In this document: positions 12,091 to 23,038 of the stretch, piece by piece
Layout: each line of letters starts with the position of its first letter
Position numbering within the stretch: position 1 is the first letter of the stretch
From: Macrostomum lignano
Taxonomy: Eukaryota
Direction: 5' to 3'
NCBI GenBank assembly: GCA_002269645.1
Contig: NIVC01003610.1
Span: 1-64,000 of the forward strand
Length of the DNA: 64,000 nucleotides
Notes under the pieces: model-generated
What the model was told of the DNA's origin: nothing
The model's database searches: none
The model's input: only the letters and a program-made list of their open reading frames with translations
Program-made: the position numbers and the translations under genes

Positions 12091-15000
12091 ATGAAGCTTC
12101 TGTGGGTCTCCGTGTATCTCCTGGTGCAGCTGCTTCTCTGCTTCGGCTCAGCAAGCGCGAGGCGCATCGCAGTGCTGGCTCAGACAGGCAGCGCCGACAG
12201 GTCCCTGGTGGAAGCTGCTGTGAGCAAGCTGGTCAACGGGCACTGGGTCTTCCCGCTGTTCAAGACGGAGCCTCTGAATTTCGAGTGGCTACAAGTTGCC
12301 GACGCTTTGGAAGCGGTTCAGAGAGGTGTTCAATTTTTCCACTGCAACTCTTTTATCACCTCAAAAATCAATTTATCACCACAGATTTCAAGACAAAACG
12401 AGTGCAGGAGACGGTGCGACATAAGGCTAACCGCAGTTTCGTGTTAGATTGACGCTAAAATAATTAGGCTGAGGTATTGGGTGGCCCGAGAATTACTAGT
12501 AGGCGTTACGTTACGCGGATCATTAGCATCTGTACTGTTTGGTATGACAGGGGTTGGATCTGAATCACACAGGTACAACGATACATTGTTCGGAGTCTTT
12601 CAACCAGCAAAGCTTTGTGGTTTGCTAACAAACCAGGTGAAATTGACAACTTTAACTTGTACTTTTAGCATGCAGCTCACCTACTCTCAGTGGCACGATT
12701 GTGATCGGGAACTGCGCATTTGTCTCAGATGTAATGAAACTGTCTGACTACATCAGCGTTCCTGCCATCACGCTCTCCAGTGACCTCTGCCAGCTTAGCA
12801 GCACCGGTAACTTTCTGAGCTTTGACATGTCCACTGATTTATCTCACTGGTTTTCGCTACCAGAAATCGCAAACCGAAACAAACTTTGCAGGTTTGAGCC
12901 TCGCATCAACGTCCAACGCGACAAGCTTTTTAGAAGCCGCAGCGGCAGTTTTGCAGCGGGTTGCGGCACCAGTGGCCGCTGTGCTCCACGACGAGTTCCA
13001 AGGTAAGTCCGAAGTTTCCCGATTAAAAATGAACTAGCCCATCAGATTCAGAAAGGATTTCACTCGCGCTTCAGACCACAAGCTCGTTGAGGAATTGCAG
13101 CTGGAGCTCTCCGCCAAAGGAATCGCTAGCTCAACTTTTCAGATAAATAATTCCGTCGGTAATCTGAATCTCACGTTGACAAACATGATCAAAGCTAAAA
13201 TTAGAAACATCGTAGTTCTGTGCGACCCAGGCACTGTTTTAAATATCGTTAACTTGGTAAGCTTTGAACTGCTTCAGTTTTGAGCATTCTGTTTAAAATG
13301 ATAGAAGAATTTTTCCAGGCCCAGAAAACAGGAACTCTGCAGCCGAACTACTTCTGGACAGTGATCGACACAGGAGTTCGACTTGCGTCGATCGAGGACC
13401 TGCTTCCTGCAAACGAGTCTGCAAACATTCTTGTGATCCGAGAGTCGGCCATCGACCTGAAAACGGCCTCAGCCGGTTGCACCTCACAGCTCAAGACCGT
13501 GTTTCCGGACTGCCAAACAAGCAGATACTCGGTAATAAGCCTTTATCTACAAACTTCTTGACAGATCTTAGTCGCTGTCGCTACCAAAAGACCCCTGAAC
13601 ATACCCGCAGATGCTGGAGCTGAAGGCGGTAGAGGCCGTGCTGTCGTTCGCCAGCGCTACGCATAGCTTACTAGACAGTTCCGGTCTTCCTGCCAGCAAC
13701 GTGTCGTGTCGGCCGTTGCAGCCGTGGTCGGCGGGTCCCGCACTGGCTGCGCAGCTGAAACAGGTACGGATTGAACAGGTGCTCAATTGATGATCTTCTT
13801 TGCGTTCAGATCTAATGTATTGACCTGTGCTGCACCTTATCCCCTTCTAATCTACTTTTATTTACTCTATCAACACAGCAGCAGTATCGATCATGATAGA
13901 TTACAAAATCTGTCTCAGTCTGCTCAGTCGTACCCGTTCACCTTTGTGTAGCTGCGACAGCCGCTGTCAGCTGGGAGCAGCTGGACACCCAGCGACTACT
14001 TCCTGGAGGTGCAGGCTACGTTCCACGATGAGTTCTCCGACCCGGTCCGCTTCGTCAACAGCGGCCGCTTCTTTGTAGGGAACGGCTCTCTGAGGTCAGC
14101 TTCCGCTACAGAGGTCGGAGCCTCATCTTCCCCAACACGTTTATCGACTTTAAAAATCGCACCTTAAGAGTCTGTGCGCCTGCGGTAAGCGTAGTGCGAG
14201 GTTGCGTTTGATTTCGTCTGTCGGGGGGGGGGGGGGGCTGCTCTCTTATTACTTGCATGTTGTAATTTACTCTTTGCATGCCGCCACCCCAGTCGGGTCA
14301 GTTATTTTAACCTTTTGCTGGCCATTTGACTCTGAATTCTCGGCTCTTACAGTAGTTTAGTTTATTGAAATTAAATAATGAGGCTACATGGTTTTCATAG
14401 TAGCATTCACATTTCAACTTTAGTCGCGGCCGTACATGCAGTACTCAAACGGAACGGTTGGCATTCCTGGTGCAATTTCCACCGACATCATTCACTTTCT
14501 CTCACTGCATCTGAACTATTCGTAAGTTACCTGAAATACACAAATGGGCTGAAATAGTAAGTTCCCAAGAATTTCCTGTCCACACCCTCGCAGCTACTCG
14601 CTGTTCGCTCCTGCGGACAATCAGTTCGGAGCGCCAGACCCGGCCTCGGTCTATTACACGGGCTGCATTGGCATGATTCAAAGAGGCGTAAGAAATATTC
14701 ACTTTTTAATCAGAATGTTTTGAAAAAATACTGGCTTCGAAGAGGGTACCCCCTGCTTTGCTCTGATTTGCAGGAAGCAGACATCACCATTCCCATGGCT
14801 ATTAACACATTTCGATCCAAGGTGATCGACTACTCTCAGGAGTACATGTTCTCATCGAATGCCATCTTGGTCAAGCGGCCGAATTCCGAGTCCAAGCTGT
14901 GGAATGTGTTTACGCCGCTTGCCTGGGACACGTGGCTGCTGATAGTCTGCATGCTCCTGTTGGTGCCGGGTGTCATCTTTCTGTTTGCCAGGCTCAGCCC

Positions 15001-17108
15001 GTTCTCCGCCTGGAACCTTGGTCTGCGATTCGCGTTTGCGGACGAGGTCTGGCTGAAGGAGTACATCTGGTCCGCCATAGGCAGCTTCATGCAGCAGGGC
15101 CAGGATTTCTATCCATTCGCCATGAGCCCCCGGACTGTTTTGGCGTTCTGGTGGATGCTCACTGTGATCATTTTTGGCACCTATACAGGTAAGTGTAGTG
15201 AGTGAAACGAGACTAGACTGCTTGTTGTATAGGACTCGTTATTCTGCGCAAATCTGCGCTTGCGTGCGCATTTTCGCGAACTACAGGGTTGCTGTAGTTT
15301 GTTTTTGTTGTTGTTGTTGTCGTTGTCGTCGATAGTTGCCGAAAGCTTGCAGGCGAGAAGAATTGCGATCAGTATATTTATTGAGTAATTGAGCTGAGTC
15401 AAGCTAAAGTCGCACCATGCACATTTGATATTGTACGCATAAGGGGAGAGCTAGCAGAATCACGCGGCGCAGCCGCTAACAACCGCCCCAACACACACGA
15501 TAGTAGGCGCTGCCTACAGTAAGTGTTCGAAAAGCCTTTTTGAGGCAAACGCTTTGTAGCTCGTATAGAAACATGAGCACAGTTTGTTTTTTAATGCCGC
15601 TATAAACTCCTATATCCGTCCCGATGAAGGCGATTTGACCTCAAAACTGGCCGTGACGGTTTCCAAGTACCCAATCGAAAGCCTGGAACAGCTGGTGTCC
15701 CTGCCGCAGTACAAGGCCATGGTGCCGCTCGGGACCAACATCTACTCTTCGATGATGGCCGCCACAGAGGGACCGCTGGTCAAGCTGCGGCAGATGAAAG
15801 TGCTGACGCAGTCCTTTGACACCTGCGCCATGAGTGTGAGCTACTAGCGCCAGCTGTACAAGCGCATTTGCACCAAACCACAGTTCATTACACAAGCTTA
15901 AGCTGCAATCAAACTGCTTTCAATTCTTTCAGCTGATTACCAGCACGGATCCTTACCTGGTGTGCATCTCTGACGTGAACGTGAACCTTCTGTACGCCAG
16001 CCGGTACTGCCAGTACGTGTACAATGTTTACAACTACTTCAATCCGTACTACATTGCAATCGCCTTTCCAAAGGACTCATATTATATCGATGCATTCAAC
16101 TTTTTGTAAGTAAAACTTCATTCTGACGCTTTGCGATGCTCTTTAATGCGTTTATATTAGTCTCAAAACGAAAATCTGAAACGAAAGGCAAAATGAACTC
16201 TTGGATTGGCAAATGGTGCTTTCAAGTAGCTTGTACTTATAATTTGTGGTTCACGCACATCAGTAAAACAAATTTAACTTTATTCAAATTTCAAAAATTT
16301 TATGAAAAGCAGCTGTAAGTTATTATCCAAAAACTAAACTATTAAAACTGACTAAACTTAGATGTTGCAGTAACACGTGGGATGCATTTGCATGTATTAA
16401 CAGCTAGAAATTTTTTCTGCTTGAATCGAATACTTCTAGTTAATATTTGGTATTGTCTTTAAGTGACTAATGGTACTATATTTAAATTCGAAAACTTCTT
16501 ATTGTTATTTTAGGTTCTTTTCGTAAATCTATGCGTATAATTTTTGGCCTACGAGCTACAATGTTACGACGTTAAGACGAAAGAACGTCATTAAGAAAAC
16601 GTAAAAAATTAGCAAAACAATTAGATCTCTGGGAAATAAAGCCAGGTGTCATCGTTATATTTCACCGTTATATTTTAGTTTAGCCCTAAATACCAATTAA
16701 AGGCAAATTAAAATTTCGCTAATGAAACTAAGAAACTTTTGATTCAATAATCATACAGACTTTTTAATAACTCTTTATTAATATTATCTTATCTTTTTAT
16801 AATAACTCATACTTATTATTCTGGGTACGAAAGCGTAAAGGCAGCATTTGCCTGCCAATTGCAGCATTCAGCGTGGCAAAGCTGCGGGCGTGGTCGACCT
16901 GATCAACAGCAAGTACATTCCACTGACCTCAGACTGCGGCACGGGCGCCACAGCGGCTGCCGAGGCGGCGGCCATCCCGCTGGAGGGCGTGGGAGGCGCC
17001 TACATCCTCAGCTTGGGGCTGTACGTGTGCGGCTTCCTCATCCTGCTGGTGGAGCTGCTCTGGGTGATCCTCATGAAGAAGGAAACGCTGGATTTTCCAG
17101 GATTTTGA
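12091..17108 (+). CDS. Divergent ionotropic glutamate receptor-like subunit, paralogue 1 (13 exons; apparent 1-nt deletion in exon 7)
   Basis: Exons: 12091-12325, 12669-12806, 12892-13002, 13075-13256, 13319-13531, 13611-13763, 13952-14184, 14424-14521, 14594-14687, 14774-15188, 15630-15835, 15933-16105, 16865-17108. Contains a signal peptide, ATD, S1 (ADITIPMAINTFRSKVIDYS), M1, M2 (WSAIGSFMQQG), M3 (WWMLTVIIFGTYTGDLTSKL), S2 and M4. The sum is 2495 nt, one short of a whole number of codons; exon 7 is 233 nt versus 234 nt in paralogues 2 and 3. Confidence 0.88.
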
Positions 17109-17379
17109 GACTGCTCAGATCTCCGAATACTTTTCATTTGTGGTCTGCTCTGATATTAGACTTGCAGTGAAGTCTACAAATGCACCTATTAATTCGCACC
17201 TGAGCTCACGTCTACGGTAGAGTGAGTCTGATGCGCTACAAGACAAGCACTTTATTCCCACACGTACGCTCGTACCACAGATATAGGGAGCAAAAAAAGT
17301 CATTTAATTTGGATTCAACTCTAAGGTAACCCCACGGCATAGAGTAATGTTTTCTGACTGCGTCACACCGGCTCGATAG

Positions 17380-17383
<4 letters not shown>

Positions 17384-17410
<27 letters not shown>
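17384..17410. repeat. (CT)n microsatellite
   Basis: Directly visible run of ~13 CT units. Confidence 0.9.
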
Positions 17411-17415
<5 letters not shown>

Positions 17416-18394
17416 AAATTTTTTTTAAAAATATCGATCCATCCATCTGTCGGGTTTTTAGGTGACTCTGAATATAACAGAGCATTCGCGCTTGAACTGC
17501 CAATATCGATTCTTGGATCCCTGATTAATTGAACAGTCTGCAGTTAATTGGATGCCGTAAATTATCAGAGATTTTCTATATTCTTGCTATCAATATTGAG
17601 TCCTCAGATGTAGATTTTGACATAAAACGAAATACATTTCCGTTAATGAAATGGTGAGTCAGCTGTCTCAACACCAAGCAGCTCAAGAATATTCGCTTTA
17701 TACCACTAGTGACGAGCTTAGTATATGAACGAAGCAGTGCCTCAACTTCTCAAAAACTTCCTCTTTAAAAGGATGAATCAAAAGTGTTGTGAAGAAGATG
17801 ATTTCAATTTTTGCAGCGTAACTAAAAGCAGGTATTAAGAAAGCTAATTACTATTACAGAAATATTCACTATGGGCCAAGATGTCTTTTTGTGTCCTTTG
17901 CCCATCTGAAAGCGGCTGTGGCTCACTGTGAAACAGCCGTGTTTGCTACTCTGCCAAAGCTGCTCATGTGCAACGTGAGCTGAACATGGAATCGAACATG
18001 GCAACGCCATTAATTTGCAGATTACTTTAAAAAGAACAGAAATGGTCAATCCTATTGATAAATCGACCATGACCCATCGAAAACGACGTAAAGAGCCCCT
18101 TCGGATCATCTTGCATAACCATCAAAAATGCGACACCATGTAAAAACAAGCTATTCGCGACACAACAAGACTGCCAAGGGCTGGTAACGCAAACCAAAGA
18201 AGAATTTCTTGAAAAATGCAGTCTGTCCTCCAAGGCAAAGCATCTTCGCCAAAGCTCTTAATTAACGCGAATCAATGCATTGGATATTCAAGTTTACAAG
18301 GGGACTCGCCATGAGAAAATGGAGCTTTTCCTAATAACGAGGCCAATAATTAGAATGCATCAGCTTTCCTGAGTAGTCCGTCAGAGGCCCCCAG

Positions 18395-18402
18395 TATAAA
18401 AA
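18395..18402 (+). promoter_or_regulatory. Candidate TATA box of iGluR-like paralogue 2
   Basis: TATAAAAA about 85 bp upstream of the ATG at 18479; motif match only. Confidence 0.3.
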
Positions 18403-18478
18403 TCTGACTGTAGCGTCGAATTCTCCAATCTGCCCGAAAAAATCTACGCTCGAAACAACAACAAATCTAGCCAGTGAG

Positions 18479-21400
18479 ATGCCTGATACTAAAGCTTCTG
18501 ACCGAGCTGTCGCCGCGCCGCTCTGCGCTCTCCTCGCGCTGTCCACCTGCGCAGGAGCCGTCAAACTGGCGGTGGTCTCTCAGAACGGCAGCATTGGAGA
18601 CTTGGCCGTGAGCCGAGCCATCGACCTGCTCATCAACAACTACTGGAAGCTGACGGCATTCAAGACAAACCCCATGACGCACGTCTTTGTTCAGGCCAGC
18701 GATGCTGTCGAGGCTATGCGAGCTGGTACGCGTGCGCTGGTATACTCACTGCATCGCCAGTTAATGCAGTATAATTTTGAGCCACGGAGCGAACCATTTC
18801 AACCCCAATTTTTACGGAAGGTAGCCGAATTTTAGGTTTAGGTACAAATGATTTTTTCATGTCCGTAAAATTCCAGTGTGCAACACACCCGGCCTGCACG
18901 GAGTAGTCGCCGTGGGCTCCTGCGCCTTCGTGACCGACGTTCTGGCCGTCTCCACCTCAATCAGCGTGCCGGCCGTCGCTGTCTTTCGCGATCTCTGCTT
19001 CATCAACAATACCAATCGTATTTATATTTATTAAACTCTGTCTTTATGGCATGTGCTCCATGAAACAGTCAGTTAAAGAGTTTGCATTCCTCACAACTCC
19101 GCAGCCGTGACTCTAATCTCGAACCCGGACGTCGGAACTTTCCTGGAAGCTGCTGCGACAATCGTGAGTCGGCTCGAGCAAAAGGCCATCGTTGTCTTTT
19201 ACGATAAGTATCAAGGTAAGTCTCAAAGGTGCACGTACAGCTTTGCAGTGTGAGTCTCACAAGCTCTCTAATCTGATTGCAGATCACCGTCTTCTGGAGA
19301 AGCTGCAGCAACTGCTATCGGATAAAAGCATCCCCAGCCTGACTTTCCAAATCGATGACTCAGCAAGCAACCTGACCAGCATACTGAGAAACGTCGTTTG
19401 GAAGCGTTATCGAAACACATTGGTTCTGTGCACGCCTGAAAATGTCAACGCCGTTTTACGAGAGGTGCGAATTCATAATTGTTTTTGGCACACTTTATAC
19501 CTATCCTGGCATTCACTAAGAGCATGTTAATTCATTAGAGCCTTTCTCAACACAGGCTCGGAACACGGGCACACTGAAACTCAACTACTTCTGGACAGTG
19601 ATCGACACGGGAGTTCGACTTGTGTCCATCGAGGACCTGCTCCCTACAAACGAGTCTGCAAACATTCTTGTGATCCGAGAGTCGCCCATAGACTTGAAAA
19701 CGGCCTCAGCCGGTTGCACCTCACAGCTCAAGGCCGTGTTTCCGGACTGCCAAATGAGAAAATACTCGGTAAGCCTTTATTTACACACTTCTGCAATAGA
19801 TTCTAGGCGCTGTCACCAGCCCCAGACTCTGATCATGACTGTAGATGCTGGAGATGAAGGCAGTAGAGGCCGTGCTGTCGTTCGCCAGCGCTACGCAGAG
19901 CCTACTGGACAGTTCCGGTCTTCCTGCCAGCAACGCGTCGTGTCGGCCGTTGCAGCCGTGGTCGGCGGGTCCCGCACTAGCTGCACAGCTGAAGCAGGTA
20001 CGGATCGTACCGGAGCAGGTGCTCATGGATGATGTCGTCTGTCTCAGTCTGCTCAGTCGAAACCGTTCACCTTTGTAGCTGCGACAGCCGCTGTCAGCTG
20101 GGAGCAGCTGGACACCCAGCGACTACTTTCTGGAGGTGCAGGCTACGTTCCACGACGAGTTCTCCGACCCGGTCCGGTTCGTCAACAGCGGCCGTTTCTT
20201 TGTAGGGAACGGCTCTTTAGAGGTCAGCTTCCGCTACAGAGGTCGGAGCCTCATCTTCCCCAACACGTTTATCGACTTTAAGAACAAGACTATTCGGATT
20301 TGTTCTGTTGCGGTTCGTTGATTTTTCTTGTTAGTAAACCAACTGTCGTGTCCTCTTTGTTTCGCATTTGTTTCGCATTGTTTCGCATTTTAGACGAAAC
20401 CACAAACTGAGTACTTAAACGGAACTTTTGGCGTTGCCTCGGGTATCACTGCTGATCTGGCAGCTTTCTTTTCAAAACATCTGAATTTTAGGTAATGCCG
20501 AGTTAAGAGATGTTGATGTTATTTAAGTCGAACAGCTGAATCTCAAATTTTTATTTTAATCGGAAACACTTTTTTACTTTCAGTTACACGATTTTTACGC
20601 CCCCAGACAACCAGTTTGGGGCTCCAGTCCCTGGCTCGCTCTTCTACACAGGCTGTATCGGAATGGTTCAGAAGGGAGTGAGTGCCCTTGTTTTTTCCTT
20701 TTGCGAGAAATAAATATGCTGAATAGAGACTACATTAAGCTGGAAACGGTCCGCGGACGAATTGCAGGAGGCCGACTTTGCTACGCCCTTTGCCACCACG
20801 TTGATCCGGTCGCAGGTGATTGACTATTCAGAAGAGTTTATTTTCTCCTCCAACACCATTCTGGTGAAAAGACCCATGGCCGAGTCCAAGCTGTGGAATG
20901 TGTTTGCGCCGCTCTACTGGGATTCCTGGACTCTAATTGTGAGCATGTTTTTGGTAGTGCCGCTTCTCATCTACGGGTTGGCTAGCAGCAGCTCATTCAC
21001 TGGCTGGAACCTTCAACTCAGCTTCGCCTTTGCTGACGAGGTCTGGCTGAAGGATTACATTTGGTCAGCGATTGGCAGCTTCATGCAGCAGGGTCAGGAC
21101 TTTTATCCCTTTGCCATGAGTCCTCGAGTGGTGATGGCTTTCTGGTGGATGTTGACGGTTATCATATTCGCTTCGTACACTGGTAAGTTTGGTGCGTCTG
21201 TGACTTGTCAGCAATGCATGAAACCATGCAGCAATACAGGGACTCTCATTTGCAGGTGACCTCACGGCCAAGCTGGCAGTGACTGTGGCCAAGTACCCAA
21301 TCCAGAGCTTGGACGATCTCATCTCCAAGCCGCACTACAAGGCCATGCTGCCCAGAGGCACCAACATCTACGCTGCTGTGCTGAGCGCCACAGAGGGGCC

Positions 21401-22190
21401 GCTTGCCAAGCTTAGGGATCAGTGGGAGTTAGTTGACTCCTTCGACACCTGCGCTACGAATGTAAGTCCAGCGATGATGGCTTTGGCTTGTAGTTTTGGA
21501 TTTGATGCGTCAATTCAGCGTAGCGTTTTTCAAATTTGAATAAAGAGTGTTTGCTTGCGAAAATGCGAATCCAATTTTAAAAAATAGTCTTCGTATTCCT
21601 CGAATCGCGCAGCTGGTGACCATCAAGGACCCATACCTGGTGTGCATTTCGGATCTGATTGTTAGTCTGCACTACGCCAACGAGCTGTGCGAAGACATCT
21701 ACAACGCCGACAACTACTTCAACCCGTACTTTATGGCCATGGCCTTCCCTCAGGACGCTTACTACCTGCCCGCGGTTGACTTCCTGTGAGTTGGCCTGAA
21801 TGGCTGACGGCTTGGAGCTCAGAAGTTCTGTAGTTTAGTCTCAGGTTGTCAGCGAATGCATGAACGATGGAATCTTAGGAAGAGAATTTTTGAAATGTTT
21901 TTACTCTCAAACAGTTCTGAATGGAGCAGTTTTTTTTTTCTTTTAGGATTCAGAGAAGCAAAGCGAACGGCGTCATGAGCATGATCACTGGCAAGTACAT
22001 CCCCCAGACTGCCGAGTGCGGCTCCGCCGTCAGCGCGGCTGCTGAGGCTGCGGCCATCCCCCTGGAGGGCGTTGGCGGTGCCTACATCGTCAGTCTAGCA
22101 TTCTACGTGTGCGGCGGCGTCATCCTGCTCGTGGAGCTTTTCTGGGTGTTCAAACTAAAGAACGAGCCGCTGGATTTTCCGGGTTTTTAA
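18479..22190 (+). CDS. Divergent ionotropic glutamate receptor-like subunit, paralogue 2 (13 exons, intact, 836 aa)
   Basis: Exons: 18479-18725, 18877-19017, 19105-19215, 19283-19464, 19556-19768, 19845-19997, 20079-20312, 20394-20491, 20584-20677, 20768-21182, 21256-21461, 21613-21785, 21947-22190. All introns are GT-AG and the 2511 nt total is in frame. Motifs: FATPFATTLIRSQVIDYS, WSAIGSFMQQG, ASYTGDLTAKL, M4 GVGGAYIVSL, end EPLDFPGF*. Confidence 0.92.
18868..20292. repeat. Near-identical paralogous block (paralogue 2 exons 2-7 with introns; partner 26970-28396)
   Basis: Exons and introns 2-6 align almost base for base with paralogue 3; intron 1 and intron 7 onward do not align. Confidence 0.9.
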
Positions 22191-22233
22191 ACTCGACCAT
22201 GGTACTTGTTGTCTTGAAGACTTTTGCAGCTGT

Positions 22234-22313
22234 CTGACATTGGAGCAAGTGACTCAGTTGCTGACATTGGAGCAAGTGACTCAGTTGCTGACATTGGAGC
22301 AAGTGACTCAGTT
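22234..22313. repeat. 27-bp tandem repeat, 3 copies
   Basis: CTGACATTGGAGCAAGTGACTCAGTTG x3, just 3' of the paralogue 2 stop. Confidence 0.9.
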
Positions 22314-22739
22314 TTAAAAAATACGAGTAAAATACTCAGTTGAACTGCAACGATGCTCCTACCAAACTACTCCTACCGAAATATCAATGAATTTGCTGAG
22401 CTCTTTTTATTTGATAGCAAAATCCGGTCTGACTTGATGACGGGTGCGATATGCTATTTTATCCCACGCCCCGTAGCTTTCTACATCAAATACATCAAGT
22501 GAGGGTCATCGCAAGTTTTCGTTGCTACCAAGACCGATGTTTACGAACATTTGGCAATCAACATCTGCTAATTGATAATTGGTAATTGATTTTAAAGTTC
22601 CCAAGTAAACGTCCGTCCAAAGCGTGGTTTCTCAGCAGTGTAAGGTTTCAATCGGATTCAAGCATTCGATTGGTGCATTGATTAATTATAGAATGGTCAG
22701 GCATGAAGTCTCAAATTTGAAACATGCACTGAGAGATAA

Positions 22740-23030
22740 AGATGCGGCGGCTGCGCATTCTCCATGCTGCAGCAGAGCTGGTACTGCTTTACCGGTATGG
22801 CATGAAGGCTGTCTTTATAGCCGATACTCGACAGCAAGCTCTGGATGCGTTCGCACAGGCTGTTACGGTATACCATGGGCGTGCGCTCACGACGCTAACT
22901 GTCCTGAGCTGATGTCGGCCAGAGACCCGGGCTGGCATATCGGCATTTGGCTGCATCTTGCGCCGACCACACCAGAAGCGCTGGAGACTCTCCTATGTGT
23001 AAGGGGCGTAGCAAGATGATCCTTCTTGCG
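22740..23030 (+). mobile_element. Possible degraded RTE-type LINE 3' fragment
   Basis: One frame reads RRLRILHAAAELVLLYRYG...QQALDAF...HGRAL, loosely like the LINE RT C-terminal pattern (R.F.A.VESVLLYG...LD..H.R.L). It is interrupted by stops. Confidence 0.2.
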
Positions 23031-23038
23031 ATAACTGT

